Source: Geosiphon pyriformis uo1
Taxonomy: Eukaryota > Fungi > Glomeromycota
DNA: 64,000 bases
Direction of reading: 5' to 3'
Assembly: GCA_016748015.1 (NCBI GenBank)
Contig: JAAOMT010000436.1
Span: 2,191,037-2,255,036, forward strand
Part shown: positions 61,033 through 64,000 of the stretch, piece by piece
How the letters are laid out: each line of letters begins with the position of its first letter
Position numbering within the stretch: position 1 is the first letter of the stretch
Program-made: the position numbers and the translations under genes
The notes under the pieces: generated by a model
The model's input: the letters and a program-made list of their open reading frames with translations, nothing else
What the model was told of the DNA's origin: nothing
Databases searched by the model: none

Positions 61033-64000
61033 TGTTATGGCTTAGAGTAACAAGTTAATGGATAGCAAGAGAGAACAGGATTGTAGAGTGATAGAAATAA
61101 TCAAAGGGAAATTCAACTTTAAAGAGCGAATTGAATGAGTATAGATTCAATGTGCAAGATCAGTCTCATAAAATATCTCAGTCACTATTCTTTTCAAAGG
61201 TAACTGGGGAATCTGAAGGTAAAGAGATAGTCTGTACTGTTAACAATTGATTACCACTGGTATAATTCTATGCCTCATGTTGGCGCTCTTAGAATTCAAT
61301 ATCAGGTATCAACTTGTGCTTTTCAGTCACATTTATTCAAATAATCTTCAAATGCTACAATTATATATGTCAGAAAAAGGCCAACAAATAATCTTTTATC
61401 TTTAAGATGTTCAGATACTTGAAGATAGGGAAAGGAAAATTAGTGATAAGAGAAGGATTGAGATAAAAGTTGTTATTTTATTTATTCTTGATTATTCAGA
61501 TGCTTGTTATTACATGCTTTTCTACAGCTAAGAGATTCATCACTTATATAGCTATCAAAAGTGGTCAATGATCAGGTCAATGATCAGGTCAATGATTAGG
61601 TCAATGATCAAGTCATTGATCAGGTTATTGATCAGATCAATGGTCAGGTCAATGGTCAGGTCATTAATTAGGTCAATGATCACTTTCTAAAAATAGTATG
61701 GCTAATCATATGACATCAGTGGCTAATACATGTGATAATTAATAAGAAGTATAGGTCTCAACCATAACATCATCCTCTCCAAAGAGATTGAGCTCCAGCA
61801 AAATCAAGCTATTTATAATGTAATCTATTTGAAGAGTTTTATCTAACTCAAAGCTAACTAATTTATTGAAGTCTTTTGTAGATAGGGTGTATAATACTTA
61901 AGGCGAAATGAGTTTTGTATCCAAGAGACCAAATCTTTGTATTAGAGTTTTGGCTCTTCTAGCAATGGTTAAAACTCTTGGAACATTTAATTGTATAATG
62001 CCCAAAATTTCTGCCTGTATCTCTGAAGTTGTTTTCTTCATGAGCTTTATGTCATCTATGATTTCACCAAGGCGACCATAGAGCTCTAGTTGTCTTCCAT
62101 ATGACAAGTTTTTGTCTATGAGTAAGATTTTTTTAATTGTTTTTCCAAGTGTGGTGGAAGGTACAAACATCACTGCTGTTATACTTTCTAGCAGATATTT
62201 ATCTATTTTGCTACCAATTTTTTCTCTTCTGATAGTTGTTTTCTTTGGTCTAATAACAGTATGTGTTCCACTGCTATCAGTTATGGTGATCTGTTTTCCA
62301 ATGGTCAAAGTAGCATTTGGATAGTTTTTAATCCAATACTTATGGAGAGTATAGAAGGCATTTTGAATGTTTTGATCCAGAAAATAATTGTTTATGTCAA
62401 TTGAAGATACCTCTGTTTTGGGAATGGTGTGTTTATTTATACTTGATTTTTGTTAATCATTTGAGTTGGTATTACCACAACAGACAACCAATCAGATTGT
62501 TTGTGATATTTCTTGAGTTGCGTGCTGTGAACAGGTTGATCATTAAAGATTGTTCCAGATTGATCTTGAAGAATATAAGAACCATTGTTCAAAACTTTGT
62601 TGACTATAAAGGGTTCTTTCCATTGGCTAAAAAATTTATCACCATAAATATTGTCTCTGTCTGAACAGTATTCCAATACCAAGTTACTAATACTTAAAAA
62701 AAGTGTTTTATAGGTTTTCTTTTTCTTAAGCTTTTCTTGAAACTGTTTTATCTTTTCAAAAGCAATTATTTGTGCTTCTACCAAGGAGTCAAGAATGATA
62801 TCAAGTTTTCTTTGCAAATGTCTTTGTAATTTTCTATTGTGATCTTTTCAAAGAGTATTGTCTCAATGTCAGTTTCTATTGGTAGTGTTGCCATGCATCC
62901 ATAGAGCAGATAAAAAGGTTCATAACTTGTTATGTCATGATTCATAGTTCTATAAGCAAACAAAGCTGAAGGCAGTACTTTGTCCCATAAGTTTGTTTCT
63001 TTACTTGTTTTGGCTAGAGTTTCACATAGTGTTCTATTAAAATGTTCCACTAGGCCATTTGTATGGGGGTGATAAGGAGAGGAAAGTTTGTGACGTATTC
63101 CCATTTTTCTACAAAGTTCTTCAACCAGTGTACTGAGAAAAGCTTTTCCTCTATCAGATAAAAGTTCTCTGGGGCAGCCATGATGACAGATGATATTTTC
63201 ATAAATGAAATTGGCTATTGAAACTGCTGTTTGGTCAGGAGTGGCTCTTGCTTCTACCCACTTTGTAAGATAGTCAGTAGCTGTGATAATGTATCTGTTG
63301 CCATCAGGGGTTATTGTTAAGGGTCCAACAACATCTATACCAATTCTGTCAAATGGTTGGCCAACAGAGATTGGATAGATATCTTTTTTTCTATTGGGTT
63401 TTCCTCTTCTTTGGCAGGTATTACAGGTTTTAATGTACTCAGCAATGTCTTTTCCCAAGGTAGGCCAATAATAGTGAGCTAGAGTTTTCTGAATTGTTTT
63501 TGTTTTTTCAAAGTGTCCAGCTAATGGATCAGTGTGCATGTTATAGATCACAATTTCTCTTTCTTCAAATCTTATGACTCTCTGGGGGCAGTCAGAATCT
63601 TTTCTGTTTCTTTTGTATAGTTGGTTCTGGTGGATTAAATAGAAATTTGATTGTTTGCACAAATGTTCTCTTTGCTGTCAATTGTATTCCAGTGGGTATT
63701 GTTCTTTACCCAAAAATTCCATTAAGGCAGAGTAGTTGTCCAAGTCAATTATCGTGTTTGGTTGTGAGAGAATTACTAATAATTAGGTTGGTTTGGTTTG
63801 AGGTAGTTGTACTGTCACTGGATGGTAAGTCTAGAGAGAACATCAGCATTTTGATAATGTGCTCCTTTGCAATGTTGAATGTCATAGTCAAATTTGTCCA
63901 AGTGGAGTATCCAGCAAGTTATTCTTTTATGTTCCAGCTTCTTTTTGTTGTGTAACCAAACCAAAGCTTAGTGATCTGTTACCACCAAAAACTTTACCTC
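61033..64000 (-). mobile_element. Subfamily A' copy A'2, 3' part (LTR 61033-61769, ORF3, IN), continuing beyond the window
   Basis: TGTTATGG...CCATAACA LTR with a 10-unit array, PPT, ORF3 and integrase ORFs. Confidence 0.92.

Overview
AT-rich eukaryotic (fungal) genomic DNA. The repeat proteins and intron style suggest Glomeromycotina, recalling Geosiphon-like repeats; this is inference, not a database result. A small CpG-retaining gene island (~1.9-6.55 kb) holds three genes: a spliced SR-type splicing factor (RRM + CCHC knuckle + RS/RD tail), a divergently transcribed spliced gene with an N-terminal CxxC-x17-C-x4-C zinc motif, and an acidic hypothetical protein. Extremely AT-eroded DNA flanks the island on both sides. 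The remaining ~56 kb is a nest of C->T/G->A-mutated retroelements. (i) A ~7-kb LINE (family D: ORF1, APE-RT-RNase H-CCHC) is split by five insertions. (ii) Three full-length Ty3/gypsy copies of family A and two partial copies of subfamily A' are present. Family A has a tRNA-Met PBS, a -1 frameshift, 12-bp U3 arrays and an extra ORF3. (iii) One Ty3/gypsy of family B (dUTPase, Cys-rich domain, extra ORF3, 23-bp U3 array) is nested in A2. (iv) Three full-length ~2.45-kb poly(A)/TSD-bounded elements encode only a LINE ORF1-like protein (family C, HAL1-like). The most notable observations are the ORF1-only retroposon family, a shared ORF3 paired with family-specific U3 tandem arrays in two diverged LTR lineages, and conserved LTR boxes complementary to the anticodon arm of the primer tRNA-Met.
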